From NCBI GenBank assembly GCA_001949185.1, contig BDGG01000001.1:758128-822127 (forward strand): 64,000 nt of DNA, written 5' to 3'. Source of the stretch: Ramazzottius varieornatus (Eukaryota > Animalia > Tardigrada). A program made the translations under genes and the position numbers. The notes under the pieces are model-generated. The model saw nothing but the letters and a program-made list of their open reading frames with translations, was not told where the DNA came from and did not search any database. Below, piece by piece: positions 24,701 to 38,124 of this stretch. Every line of letters starts with the position of its first letter. Within the stretch, counting starts at the first letter, position 1.

Positions 24701-27700
24701 CACCAGACTTACTGTAGATCCTCTCGCTCTGCCCATTTGAAATTTCCTTCCCAAAATGCCTGCCAGTACTGTTTGCTTCTTCTTCTTCCCCCTTCCCTCG
24801 TTTCCTCCCACGCATGGTCCCTCATTTTTTCCGTTTCCCTCCCCCCAGGTCCTCTTCTCCCCCTTCTGACTGTGATAACTCAGCCGGTGGTTCGCCTGTT
24901 CACCGGCGGCATGCCGCAGGCACACGCGCAGACCTGCACCGATTAGCCTTGCCACCCTGCACTAATTCGCGCTCAGCTTCGCCCAGCCTCTCGTCCTGTG
25001 ATACACTCTTTAGCTTCGCCGCAGCCCTCAAATCTGATCGCGCCAAAGGTCCGCGTTCAAGGAACCGAAAACCAAGGTCGGCAGTGTATGTGAAAGTCAT
25101 TCGTCGTTTTAGTCTTACAGAAACCAACCGAGTTGCTCTTGCAGTTCGGCTTCCAGAAACGAACGTGGCTAGATATTCATGTTCCATTCGTTGTTTCTAT
25201 TAGGTCCCATAGCCGGAACAATCTTTGAATTTTTCTACGAAACTTTTCATCGATCATTCACCGATTCAAAGTTTGAAGAAATAAAACGTTGTTCTGTTCT
25301 TAGGAGAGTCAACGAAGAGGATGAGGACGAGTTGTCTGATGTACAACCCAGTCAGGTTCCTAACGAAGTGCGCGAATGGCTGGCTTCGACATTCACCAGA
25401 AAGCTCAGCGTGGTCAAGCGACCCAACGAGAAGCCCAAGTTTCGCAGCGTGGCCAACGCTATCCGCGCTGGAATATTTGTAGAACGGTCAGTATTTCCTT
25501 GCTGCCGAGGACTGTCCTCCAGGTATACGGGATTGCTTTTTCAGAATCTACAGACGGATGTCCAGTTCACAGGTTCTTCACATTCCGCCAAAGATCGTCA
25601 TGCAACTTCGGGTAAAATATACACTGAACGGGTGTAGTCCCTAATGTGTTATACGAAAGCAGACATTACGACAAGGCTCTTCTGCAGTCAATTGACGAAT
25701 GGACTTTCGACGTCTTCGCTCTGAATGAAGCTTCCAATGGTCAAGCATTGCGATATGTGGCCAACGAGGTCCTCACACGATATGACCTTCTCACAAAATA
25801 CAAGGTGAGCATTTTGCCACCTGGTGGTATGTTATTCACCAGAACGCTTGCTGCGTAGAAATATACAAAATGCTGACAGTTCTGGGAAACAAAACAGTAC
25901 AATTTGCTGGACGTAACAGTTAGTACAGAACTGCGGCTCTTTTTCTACTGAAATATCCTCTGTGGTTTCAGATATCCAACTACGCTCTCGAAAACTACAT
26001 GGTCGCCGTCGAAGCCGGTTACAGCAAATATAATAACCCCTACCACAACCTCATCCATGCTGCTGATGTCACGCAGACCATGCACTGGTTCCTTTACCAG
26101 ACGGGACTAGCGGTAAGGAGATCTTTCGTTTCTCTTCTTCGGAAAAAGTATTCGCACTCAACGTAGTCCCGTGCATATTCGTTTCTCTGTTTCAGCATTG
26201 GCTCTCCGATCTGGAAATTTTCGCCAGCCTTATCGGTGCCATCATTCACGACTACGAGCACACAGGGACCACTAATAACTTCCACGTTCAGTCCCGCTCC
26301 AACCTAGCTATGCTGTACAACGACCGTTCCGTACTGGAGAACTTTCACTTGAGCGCTTCTTTTGCCCTGATGCAGAAAGAGGAACACAATATTCTAGCCA
26401 ACCTATCCAAAGAAGAATACAAGGAATTCCGTTCGCTGGTCATCGATATGGTGTTGGCCACCGACATGTCTATCCACTTCCAGCAGATTAAAAATATGCG
26501 AACCCTCCTCGGAATGCCCGAAAAGTAAGGACACTATTTGTGGGGTCACTTCGCCCGAATCCGTCTGACTTTGGTCCCCTTTTCAGTATTGACAAGTCCA
26601 AGGCACTTCAACTGGTACTGCATTCCTGCGACATCAGCCATCCAGCCAAGCCATGGGACCTCCACTATAAGTTCACGCTGGGAGTACTGGAGGAGTTCTT
26701 CCAACAAGGCGATCGTGAGCAAGAACTGGGACTTCCCTTCTCGCCTTTGTGCGACCGTCAGACTACTGTCATCGCGCAGTCGCAGATCGGCTTTATCGAC
26801 TTCATCGTCGAACCCAGTATGGCCATCACTGGTGACATGCTGGAGAAGATACTCAAGCCTCTGCAAGGCGAGGATAGCGAGGACGCCGAACCCCTCGAGC
26901 TTCTTAACGTCGTCAATGAAGCCCGGCCACGCACAGCGCCACCTGTACGCAGTGCCTCGGAGGGCGTCAACGCCTTCGTCCATAAGAACAACGTCTGGCG
27001 CCACACGGCGGCTAAAGCTTCTCATGACATCAAGAAACCCTGGGTGCAACACTTCCAAGAGAATAAAGTCAAGTGGCGCGAAGAACAAGTCCAATGTAAG
27101 ATCCGCGTTATCTCACTAACAAGGGAATTATGCCTGTCCCGATAGTTGAACCGTCTCGCCAAAACGTAGAAGAGGGTCTCTTTTCTGATCTGATTCCGAC
27201 AGCTAAATCCCCGACGAACCTGGAATAAACTACAGAACTCGGAAAGGACGAACTTCAACTACTGTAGGGACGTGAAGTTCTTTGATTGGGAGTTTGATTG
27301 AACAACTCAGAGGCGGTCTTTGCCGATCGGCTGTTTCGTCGGATTCGGACTGGGTGGTGTGCTATCGCGCATCTTCGGCGAGTTTTGACACGCTGTTCGG
27401 TTTGAGCAACTGTTTCGTAATGTCTTCAATTAACACCCGCAATCAAAGGGCTTTACGTCAACGCGGCATACTGGAGCGGTCAACAGACTTTCATTTCTGA
27501 GTTCTGTAGTTTAATCCAGGATCGTCGGGGATCTAGCTCCCTAGCAAAGATCATAGAAGAGACTGTCTTCTATCGTTTTTCGGGACAGTTTGATTGTTGG
27601 GTCAGGCATAAGCCCTTTGTTAACTGAAGTTCAGATGGCGAACCAAGTTACTCTTTTCAGCGGATGCCGAGAGACGCTTGAAAGGCAGAAAGGATTCCGA

Positions 27701-27794
27701 CAAGGAAGACAGCATTGATGCCAATATTATTCACGAGGAAGAAGTGCCTGATGGATCCGCCTCCCGGCCTCTCAGTCCGAAACACACAAAGTGA
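21796..27794 (+). CDS. PDE1: Ca2+/calmodulin-dependent 3',5'-cyclic nucleotide phosphodiesterase 1
   Basis: Exons start at 21796 (to 21883), 23741, 24046, 24570, ~25304, ~25545, ~25688, ~25972, ~26196, ~26587 (to 27095) and 27661 (to 27794). PDE1 N-terminal motifs VPNEVREWLASTFT and KPKFRSVANAIRAGIFVER. Catalytic motifs NPYHNLIHAADV, IHDYEHTGTTNNF, YNDRSVLENFH, LATDMS, HSCDISHP, EEFFQQGD and QSQIGFIDFIV. Confidence 0.96.
27119..27620. mobile_element. MITE with ~120-bp imperfect TIRs (ACAAGGG-ended family), copy 1, in last PDE1 intron
   Basis: Arms ACAAGGGAATTATGCCTG...AGCTAAATCCCCGACGAACCTGGAATAAACTACAGAACTC are mirrored at the right end. Colinear with 35734-36260. Confidence 0.9.
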
Positions 27795-28331
27795 TGTACT
27801 GATTCCGATTCCCAGTGTAAATTTAGGAATTTATGATGTCTGCTGTCATAAGAGTTTATCTCCAAATTGTTACCATACTCCGGCCAGGTCACGTCTCCAT
27901 GCTGATACTGGTCGTTGATTCTTATACTGAACATATTTTAGCCAACCTGGAAAATTTTGAGGCATTTGTTAGAATGTATATTCTGTAGATCAATGCATGC
28001 ATATATAGTTCGTAGGCTATCCAACTACGAAAATTAATATTCGTTGGAGAAGCTCCATATTACATGCAGTTTCAAAGGAATAATCGTGCGCCGGTAGCCA
28101 GTTTGTGAAAGTGTGTAGACCAGTGTTTTCACGTATGGGTATCGGCGGGACAATTCGAATACGAACGATTGCCAGTCACACTGTTCAGAAAACGAGTTTG
28201 AAGCTTTGAGTTCCCCAACTGCTCGTGCAGCCTCGCGTGGCAGACATAGAGGAACACGATGCTGGGCTTCATTTTGGCCGTTCGACCAGCGGTCAGGTGG
28301 CTCCGTCAGAAATCTCTGAAGGGGCGCGAAA

Positions 28332-28635
28332 CAGCGATGGACGGGTGATTCACCCAGTGAAATACCGGAAACACAGGACGACTTTCCAATAGCAAGTACA
28401 ACCGAACTCAAACATGGCGACCAATCAATCAGTCAATCAATCAATACTATTCCAATCTTGAAAAACCGCTCAGGATGTTGTTCGAGCATTGGGTCTTTTG
28501 ACTAGTAAAGACAAGATTTGCGCACCCATGACCAAGTTGCCAGTTCCAGCGTCCGTGGCAGGGCGTACGAGACAATTACGTAGTTTTCGATACGACGTAG
28601 TGTATTAGGCTCGGTAAATCACCCGTCCATCGCTG
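28332..28635. mobile_element. Non-autonomous hAT element
   Basis: 23-bp TIR CAGCGATGGACGGGTGATTYACC (1 mismatch). Exact 8-bp direct flanks GCGCGAAA (28324-28331, 28636-28643). Confidence 0.92.
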
Positions 28636-29474
28636 GCGCGAAATTTTGAGTGAAAATGTTTCGACGTCGCACTGACGTCCTACAGCGTAAAAATACGCCT
28701 TTTTCTATTCGGACGCAAAATTCCCATGTGGGCGTATCTCAGATAATAATAAGCCCCAGAATTTTCGGAAAAAGCTAGCTAGAAGGGCGATCAGTTTTTT
28801 TCTGACTTGGGGCAAACTTATCACGACACGCTCTTCGTTCTTGTCTATAACTTCAAATCAGAAAAGGGTGGTTCTCTTCAAATTGGGCCGCTGGAATCCG
28901 TATACCGTGTAAGAACTGCGACGGAAGCCTGATCGAGTTTTGCCTACAAACATGAGGGAGACAAAAACTTTGCAGACACGGAGTCGCAAAATTGGCATAG
29001 TTGTATTAAGGAAAGCAGACCGGACACGGAAGATCGCAATAATTATGCACCATATCGCGACGAAAATTACTCTTGGTTCGCGTGCGTTAGTGTTGCTTGA
29101 TCTTTGCCTGGTGCGTGGACGGAATTCTCCGGAGATCGATTTGCCTTTCTTGAGTTGACTTTCGCCGACGACTCTAGGAGATCTAGACGGTGTCAACATT
29201 GATACTAACCACGAATATACACTGGACTTTGTTATATAACAAATTATATCAGTTTTTCCATTATGAATTATCAGTCTGTCACTGTGTCAATAATTGCAAT
29301 CAAATGGATCACGGCAGCGAGCCAAAGCAGTCATGCATCAGCCTCCAGGTCGGTTGCATCAGAATTTTGAGGTGACTGTCTATCCCCGCTTCACGTCGTG
29401 TTTATTTTTTATTCCAGTTCTTGACTAAGATGCGATACTCCTGTGTTCAAGCAGACACACTTTAACCCAATACA

Positions 29475-31688
29475 ATGGACGATCCTTTAGAAGGCTACTC
29501 CAGCGAGTTGTTCGTGCAGAACGTAATCGGCTGCAAGTCATTCACCGTTTATCACGTTTTGGCCTGCACTGCCCTCTTCTTCTTTCACGACGGACTTCTC
29601 CGGCTTTTCTGGCGGAGAAAAGCTGCTTCAAAAAGACAGTACGTGAGACTGCCCAACATTTACTTACTTATTGTATCCGTAAGCTCAATGAAACCCTCCA
29701 AGTTCTATATATCGAGGTTTGTTTCCAGTGTCTTCCTCCTGTTAGATTTCTTCGTGATCATTCTGCCGACGTTACTCATCGTCACCCTGCTGAGCGACTG
29801 GATGGCTTACCTGCTGCGTTTCCTGATGATGTCCAGTGTAGTTTTGATGCTCAAATGTGCCGTCGCGTCAGGCGACCGGGAAGGAGGAACGATTGGCGCA
29901 CCTGACGATGAGAAAGGACATTCACAGGAGTACATTGTAGTGACAGAATTTCGCGGCTGTGTTCTCCTTCTCGTTTGCATCGCAATCCTGGCAGTCGACT
30001 TTGATCTGTTTCCGTACGAGATGGTCAAGACAGACCGGCAAGGGTATTCGTTGATGGATCTTGGCGTTGGTACGTTCATCATCGCTAACGCTTTGGTTGC
30101 TCCTCAGACCCAAGAGTGAGTCAATATATTGCTAGGTTTCTTGTGTTGGCGCTTCGTCTCACTCTATGCGGTGGATCATGCGACTGTAATGGCTGAAGAA
30201 GCTAGCAAGATGTGGGACGAGACGAGCAGAAGGTTTTCTCCTTTTACAGGACACACAAAAGTTCCTGGAAACTGATACTTAGCGATGTGGGAGATACTGC
30301 GGTACTTGTCATACTGGGAGTCTCTCGTTTCGTGTCGGCCTACCTGACGGAATATCATGTTTCGGAGTCCGAGTACGGAAAGCATTGGAACTTTTTCTGC
30401 AGTCTAGCTTTCGTCAAGGTCCAGAAGTCAGTTTCGATTATAAACCTCTCTTTTCCGAATAAACATCTCTTCAACGCGTCAATTCGCTCTTCAGATTTTC
30501 GGACGATTACTGGCCGCGGTATTTCATCCCCTTGTACTCCCCTATGTCGGTCTGCTGATAGGCTGCCTGTACGAGGCCATACTCCAGTTTGGCCTTTATG
30601 ACTTCGTTCTGGATTCGCCGTCGAGCAAGACATTCGATTCGGCGGTCCTTCAGTTCCTTTTTGACAACCGCTCCGGACTGTCATCTTCTGTTGGTTTCCT
30701 CGCAATGTTTCTGATGTGGATTTACGTTGGACGACTTTTCCGCACTGAAAAGTTAGTCCGCCTAACACCAGATCTGCACTTGTACATTCAAAGCATACCC
30801 GAAATCAGACTGCGCCAACAACGCAGGGGTTTGTTTCAATCAAACAGTCGAAATTTTCATTGTGGTTTTGGTTTGTTATTCGCAGGCGTTCTGCAAGTGA
30901 CATCACGCAGCTTGCTCGCCACCTGCTGCAGCGCAGCTTCTTTGTTCTCCTCATAACCTTTGTGATGCGTGTGCCGTCGCGGCGCCTGGCCAACTTGTCT
31001 TACATATTCTGGCTTGTAAGTTCGGGGATTTCGCATGCGCATTTATTATGCAAGCTGGTCAGCTCCATACAGATGCACACTACTGACGTCGTTGTTTCAT
31101 AGACTTATCAAGTCCTGGCCTTCCTAGCTTTTCAGCTGATGGTACGCCTGATTCTACTCTATATTGACCAGAACTCGAAGCGGCTCGCCGCGGAATTCAG
31201 AACCCGCGGTGGCGGTATAAAAGCTTTGACTCACTTTCAGCGACAAGATCTGCATGGAGGTATGTCCAAAGGTTGACTAGAGCTCGAGTTGGCAATAGTG
31301 CGATGTCAGAGCTCAACGGCAGTGACCAAAAACTGCCCGTTTGTTTTCAGCCTTGTCTAAGGTGAATCTGGCTTCACCTGGAGCTTCCCTCTTCACACCA
31401 GCCATTTTGTCGGCCATGAACTACAATTCCATGGTGTTTTTTCTTCTGGCCAATCTGCTGACAGGTCTCGTCAACCTCAGCATCGATACCAGACAGCTTA
31501 AAACCTTTGCTAGCATGCTCATACTGACCATTTACCTTACTGTGATAACCTCCGTCGCTTACTTTCTTTACGCCAAAAAAATCCGGGTTCCACTTCGATT
31601 TTCTTCCTTAAGCCGAACTGTCCTGATTAAACTCTTTCTGTTTCTGATGACTCTGTTATTTTGTTTAGCTTTCCTAAAAACCAGGTAG
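29475..31688 (+). CDS. PIGW: GPI-anchor inositol acyltransferase PIG-W/GWT1, multi-exon
   Basis: Motifs AILAVDF..FP...KT...GYSLMDLGVG, EYGKHWNFF, PSRRLANLSYIFW and NYNSMVFFLLANLLTGLVNLSIDT. Hydrophobic multi-TM protein; GT-AG introns. Confidence 0.93.
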
Positions 31689-33473
31689 GGTTTTGTTCTC
31701 GTATTTAGTCTTCGCTGCCGTCTCAAACGGTTACAGTTTGCCAAAGTAATTCAAGAAAAAGCCAAAACTTTTCTCTTGTATCGATGTCAGCGATCCTGCA
31801 GCAGCCCAGTATTGGCCCAAGCTTATTAAGCTTATTTACTCTTCGGGATGTTAACGCGTCCCCCAGTGCTTACTCTACCTTCTATTCCGTGATTTCTGAC
31901 CTCTGTGCTCGTGGGTTGACCGCAGTGCTGGATCCGATTTGGTTCATTCTATCACTGTCAAACATTCGACAGTAGTTTCGACGTACGGACTGTTGTCGAC
32001 CGTAACGTTTTGTCGACGCACGTCGTTCCATCTGAAACAGTGAAACTCATTTGAAATCGCGCCAAAATATTGATAGAAAAGTCGTCAACTAACCCTACCG
32101 CCCACCGCTCCACCTGTGGCCAGTAGCTCAAAGAGACAAAAGGTGGCGCCACCTTTCCTGTGTTCAGTTCAAAAGCGCAGGCACCGTACAGTCTTTTGTT
32201 AACCGTAATCGTACATTTGTATGTCTAGCCCTAAGATGACAAAATGGCCGCACGCAAATAGGATGTAAATTGTGCAGTTCTATGGTACAGACTGTGAGTC
32301 GGAACCACCGTCTACAACGAAACAAAAATAGAAATCAGCAGTTTGGTGCGTATACTGCCCGGTACTTCAAATAATCACTGTTCTAATAGTATCCACCGAC
32401 AGCTTTTGTTGTGCGATACAATGGACATCTGGTCGCCGACTCTTGAGAAGTGAAAGGAATGCTTCGATGTTGTTGTGGTACCTGCACGTGCAGGTACCAA
32501 AAAATGCGGTCAATGGTGATAACGCACGCAATTGTTCATTTGTACTGCACCCCAGTGATACCTCAGGGCCTTTATGATGCGACTCTTGGCCTCTTTTTGA
32601 TTGTTCCGCACTGTCCGAGTAGCTAACTGCAGGTCCTTCGCGGTCATGCCGACGAACCAAGTGTTATGACAGCTAGTACATGGACGTAAATTAAACCATG
32701 ACCACCGGGTTCCTTTTTGATTAGGCGAGATGAGTATCCTGGTCGACATAGTTATACTATGGTAACAGGAGGCCTTCTGTTCCTCTTAATCATGCGGATC
32801 AAAGTCACCAGACCATGTTCACACTAGTCTAACAGGCTGCAGGTGTGAAAGTTTATCTAAAGGTACGCTGTCAAACCCAACCTTTAGAAAAATGAGATCT
32901 CGGAAGTCATTCTCCTCCGTAAATTCTAGCTGCAGTGAGTTTCGAACAGAACGGTTCGGTCACATGGAAAAGTTGGTAAGAATTGAAAACGTTGTCCCGT
33001 ACATCAACTTTTCGTAGAACTTTACTTCTCGGTGACGTCACGATGCTGTGCTTTTTCAACGAACTGGCATCTGAAGTACGCGAGCACTGAATGTGAAGGA
33101 CAAATTGTTGGGCGGCTATGAGCAGCAGAGACCACATTGTTGAACTGAAAAATGTGGATATTGTCTGGTCGTTGTAGCCGTCAACAAACATTTCAATTTG
33201 CGAGAAGTTAGTGAATGCGTCTGAGTGACAAGATGCCAACGGTGGTTGTTGTTGACACGAACCAAATTGCTGTTCCATACGCTGCAGATGACCTTCGCAC
33301 ACGCATACATGTCGCGTTCGACCGAAGAGCCATCCGAGCGAACCTCGGAAATATGGAAATGCCTGCACACTTATTGCGTTATGTCTGAACTACCTCTGTT
33401 CGAGTCTTTAGCGATAACCGAGTGCCGAGATGAAACCGGAAGATAGTTTAGAGTGTACCCGAACAAGAGACGT

Positions 33474-33928
33474 ACACGCACGACGAGATATTTCGGGCCA
33501 GTAAAAGTTACGGACCAGGCGGAAAAGACGGCAAATTTACAATTTGTATCGAAGTCAGAAACGGAAATCGGTTAAATGACGTAACGCTGTAAAATTCAAC
33601 CGTAGAAAATTGTCAAGGACAGTGGCCATCAGCTGATCAGCTGTTTTTTTCTCTAACGCTTCAACGCTGCTGTCGACTTTCTCCCGGAGGAGCTTCGGAC
33701 TAGTTTAAACTGTTGAAGGTGTGCGTGTTCCGGTAAAATGGAGATCTAACTTGCTATAACAAATATGACAAGCTTAAGCTCTTTGGCGCAGTATCCAGCA
33801 CGTACGTACAACAGTCCAGCCTTCGATGTTGATTTTCGATTGTAGCAAGAATCACCTACCCGTGCTGCCGTAGCGAAAAGGCCTGGCCCGTAATTTTCTA
33901 CTGGCCCATAATATCTCGTCCTGCGTGT
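33474..33928. mobile_element. MITE, CACGC-ended family, copy B (longer)
   Basis: ACACGCACGACGAGATATTTCGGGCCAGTAAAAGTTACGGACCAGG mirrored by CCTGGCCCGTAATTTTCTACTGGCCCATAATATCTCGTCCTGCGTGT. Shares internal motifs with copies A and C. Confidence 0.8.
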
Positions 33929-35733
33929 TGCAGCGTGTACTGTAGCAAACGGCCGAGCTCGGATAGTGTGGTTGGAGCTCTTTCTAAATTTGAAGCGTAC
34001 TTTGCCGAAGGGGATTTTTGAATTATTGACCCTGAACGGTAGCAGAGTTCATTTTTCTGCTATATCTGTCGCAAAGAAGGCGGATCCCTGTCACTCTACC
34101 ATTTTTCCAGCGTCAACTTCAGCGCTAAAATTTATAGCTCTCAGCGCTGTTACAGCACATAAACGCCATATTTCCCTTCTAAAGCCGGCATCAGGTTATT
34201 TTTCATCTCTGTATGCCACGTTACGAGGCACTAAATGACCACTACGACGCATTGCGTCTGTACTGCCCATAACAGCTGTCAGTCACGTTCGGCTGACTGA
34301 ACTACCTGTACAAACTACATCGCACTTCCTCATTTGTTTCTCAGAGGACCATTTCGAGTTCGCGCCGGCTGTTATACTATCATATCGTTAAACTATAATC
34401 ATAAAGCAGCTTTAATAACTGTCTGTTTGTTTGTCCATGTTTATTTGCTTGCTATATTCATATACGCTTTATGTCGGACCGTCGACACGGTTATTTGCGT
34501 TTCTCGGCAAAAATAACACCTGTTGAACAATACCGTCTGTGTGTGAAGATCTTCCGGCAACGAGAAAGAGCATAGCTATTAAATCCTGACGTTTTTCGAT
34601 ACCTCGTTCGTCATCATTAACACAGTTTCACACCGTGCGGTCTCAAAGTCGGCATCTCGATATCAAGCAACTATATTCCCTAGCAAACCCACCACATAAG
34701 AAATGTTCAGAAAAATTCTCCAGACTACTTGTATAAAACTACTCAGCGGAGACTGGTGAGCAAATTCTTTTTCTTTCTTTCTATCAAATAAGTATTGAAC
34801 GCATGATTGAGCCATCAGACGTGCTTTATTGACAATGCATAACACTGACGCTTGTGCGGTGGCATTTTAATTAAAGAGATAAGTAATTCTTTTTCCACGG
34901 TTGTAACTCCCGACTACAATGCGTTCTCGAGCTGTGGTTAATTCTTCTCATTCTTCCGCTCTAATTCACACCTTAACGCATGTCACATTGCATTATTACA
35001 CTACACGTCGTGCCCTAGATTTCCCTCTTCTTGTTTTTCTGTGGTCTGGTGTAGTCTCGAGAAGTTGCCTCACTGTAATTTGCGGTAAGAAAAACAGCCC
35101 CAAGTTTGCGTGGTTTGCTTCCGCGTTACCACTGCCAAAAGGAAAACCACGCGACCGTAACCGCGCTTTCCCCTACGGTAGTACATGAAGTGAAGTGCTG
35201 GCGTCCTGTTTCCAATACAGGCGGAAACCAGCCTACCGTTGCGCGATATCTCATCGAAAACTGTCGCGAGTATGGAGCGATACTTTTCTTGTAAAATGTA
35301 GTCCTTGGATACATAGTCAGAAACAGATCAATCTTGAGATTCTTAGTGTGGACGTATTCGAAAGGCGCAATAGCTTTTTTATTTAGTACTCTGCTTTGCC
35401 GAAATCCAAAGTTTCCGCTGCCGTTGAAACTGAATAGCGGAAGAAATGCGACACCAGTCACGCGTCGCCATCAAAAGCGAGATCTTCAGGAAGTGCTGTT
35501 TGCTCAACAGGTACATCAACTTGAACGGGGGATTGCCATTGCGAAAGCAGCATCTCGACTCGGGTTTCGGCCCTTTCACCTTCCCATCCGTAAACAAGTC
35601 GGATTAAGAGCGGGCAATTCCGTCAGCATAATTGGCTGTAGTCTGATAACGAAATGAACACGATACGATAACGTGAGTTGGTCAGGTGTTTCGCGCTTTG
35701 TGCACCAACACGAGGGAACGTGAACCCTTACTG

Positions 35734-36260
35734 ACAAGGGGATTATACCTATCCCGACTTCCCGATAGTCAAACCGGCAAAACGACAGAAGAGTGCCTCT
35801 TCTTTGCATGAACTAGGGAGCTAAATCCTCCGACGATCCTGGAATAAGCTACAGGACTCGGAAGTGACGAACCTAAACCACAGCAGTGACATAAGTTTCT
35901 TGATTGGGAGTTTGATTGAGCAGATTGAACAACTCAGTCGATCAGCTGTTCTGTCAGATTAGGACTGGATGGGGTGCTATTGGACACCTTCAGCTGATGT
36001 TGGCACGCTGTTCGGTCATCCTGTTGATCAGCTGAGCGGCTTGTTTTCAATATCCTCAATCAACACCCGCAATCAAAGAGCTTTACGTCATCGCAGCACA
36101 CTGGAGCGGTCAATCTACTTTCATTTCCCAGTCCTGTAGTTCATTCCAGGATCATCGAGGGATTTAGCTACCTACCTTAGATGGTAGAAGAGACTCTTTT
36201 CTACCGTTCGGCGGGGTCGGTTTGACTATCGGGAAGTCGGGGCAGCCATAATTCCCTTGT
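35734..36260. mobile_element. MITE (ACAAGGG-ended family), copy 2
   Basis: Long imperfect TIRs. Internal blocks TTGATTGGGAGTTTGATTGA, AACACCCGCAATCAAAG and CTGGAGCGGTCAA are shared with 27119-27620. Confidence 0.9.
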
Positions 36261-36952
36261 GAGACCTTTTGTACCGAATTTGCTGATGAGACCGTTTTCA
36301 AAGTAGTCGCAAGGTCTTCTTATCAGTCTGTTCTTCGGAGCTCTCCGCCGGTGATATTTCATCCTGACACCGCATAAATCAAGCACCAAAAATAGTCCAT
36401 GACCGATTCCCAATTTGACCTTCAATCAGGGTTTTATCAGAGCGACGTTGTTCTACATTGGAAACCCTGGTCGCTATCATTTCCAGTCTATAGCGTAGAA
36501 AAGGGCGAAAAATGTCTTTTATCTTATTTCAGCAAAAGCTACTATAAATAAATCATCAATCACCCATTCACGGGCTTTTCTACGATTATCTCTGGTTTCG
36601 ATTTATCGCACGAGTTCTACAGAACTGCGAAAGCAGGATGAGTAACAATACCTCTTTACAAAACCCACCGAAAAGCCGACAAAAATTCTGTAGTGACTTT
36701 CGAGAGACCTTACTAAACAAGTTTTATTAGAGTACTCTGTACAAGATAGAATTTTCCACGCACTCGCTCCGCTTCGTCGCGGACTTTGCCTTTCGCCGTA
36801 GAAAAGTAAACATAAACTTAAGAGTCTATGGTCTTTTTATATCCGGCACAACAGAAAAAACCACAGTCAAAAGGCAGATAAGAATTAAGAAACGAGGGCA
36901 CAGAAGGCGCCTCAGAGGAAAATACCAAAAAACAAGGCGCCATACTTTTTTC

Positions 36953-38124
36953 TTATCTCGGCGTCGTCGGTTCCTCAAACCCAGACTCCACCGAACACGT
37001 CTCTTCCACCGCTCTTTTCATCCCCAGCATCCCGAAGACATCTGTTTTGAGCGGATTCACAGGTAAAACCATCGAGCAAGGTCCCTTCCGCTTCACGTTC
37101 CACGAGCCCGCGGGAGACGAGTCAATCGACCAATCAACGCTAGCCCCACTGTCACTGTCGTTGTACGACGAGGAAGTTTCAGTTTCGAAAGAGTTTCGCT
37201 TCAGCGTGGCGATGAAGTCCTCTTCTTCCAGCATTTCCTCTTCCTCAACCATCTCCTCTTCAATGGCACCTAATCTCGGCCCACCTAACGCCCCCATACT
37301 CTTACAGCGTTCTAAGCTGGGCCGGAAGTTCTGTCCGGTACTGAGAATCTGTTTCCGCTTACAGACTGTCGGTGCGATCTCTGAAAGGATTTCGTGCAGT
37401 CTGCGGGCATTCTGCTTCGATATCTTGTCGCGTTTGAACTCGTTCAAGGCCCAGTGGACTCTCTGCTGTAGGAGTTGTGCCATCTGGCAGGCTTTCTCGG
37501 GCTTGGTGAAGAGGACTGCATGGAAACGCAGTTCAGGTTTCATTTTCTTCCCTTCATGCCTGCAAAATAATGTAAAATGAAATAGTAACTGACAAAATTT
37601 CGCAGGCCGTAATTGTCGTTCGCACCACGGCACAAAATTACGGTCGAGGTCCGCCAAATCGCAACCGGAAGTGAAACAGCTGATTACCGTGTCAGGCTGC
37701 TCTTGTTTTATTGTTGATTATCCGCTTCGCATTTTTTCAAAATTCTGCATTGTATGGCCTACCATTTCAAAAGCTTAATAATATTTCGAACTGTTTCTCG
37801 ACGCTTTGCGTGCCTGTAAATCCATCCACAGAGTTTGGGGAAAGACGGGTGGGATCCGCAGAAGGTGATTCGATGAGCCCAGTATTCTGTTAGTCCATGC
37901 TCGGTAGTCTCAGCTTTCAGTCCGGAGTTGCAGATGGTGACTTTCATTTTGATATCCTTCATTTGAGTGGAAGTGTAGTTCCTCCATAGGATCTGCAGTG
38001 GCTTGTCCGCGCAACCGTCGCCTTTCGCCAGCGTCGTCAAGACGTTACCCAAGTAGACCACCTTGTACGTTGGATCAGTTTCGCTAATGTTCACCGACTT
38101 TTTGTTGCGGCGAAAGAACGTCAT
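36953..38124 (-). CDS. FAM43A: FAM43-like PTB/PID-domain protein, 2 coding exons
   Basis: DPTYKVVYLGNVLT..AKGDGC..KPL..LW, GLTEYWAHRITFC, WIYR|HEGKKMKPELRFHAV and ALNEFKR are FAM43 signature blocks. Exons 38124-37814 and 37559-36953. Confidence 0.9.

Noticed and set aside
26546-27094. 182-aa minus-strand and 193-aa alternative-frame ORFs
   Set aside because: Shadow ORFs of the GC3-rich PDE1 catalytic exon.
31784-31975. LTAVLDPIWFIL resembling a GPCR TM7 DPxxY segment
   Set aside because: A single short fragment with no other TM exons; there is no room upstream because PIG-W ends at 31688.
32367-33370. Minus-strand ORF fragments suggesting a decayed gene
   Set aside because: Multiple stops and no recognisable domain; cannot be supported without a homology search.
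37047-37580. 177-aa plus-strand Ser-rich ORF
   Set aside because: Antisense shadow of FAM43 exon 2.
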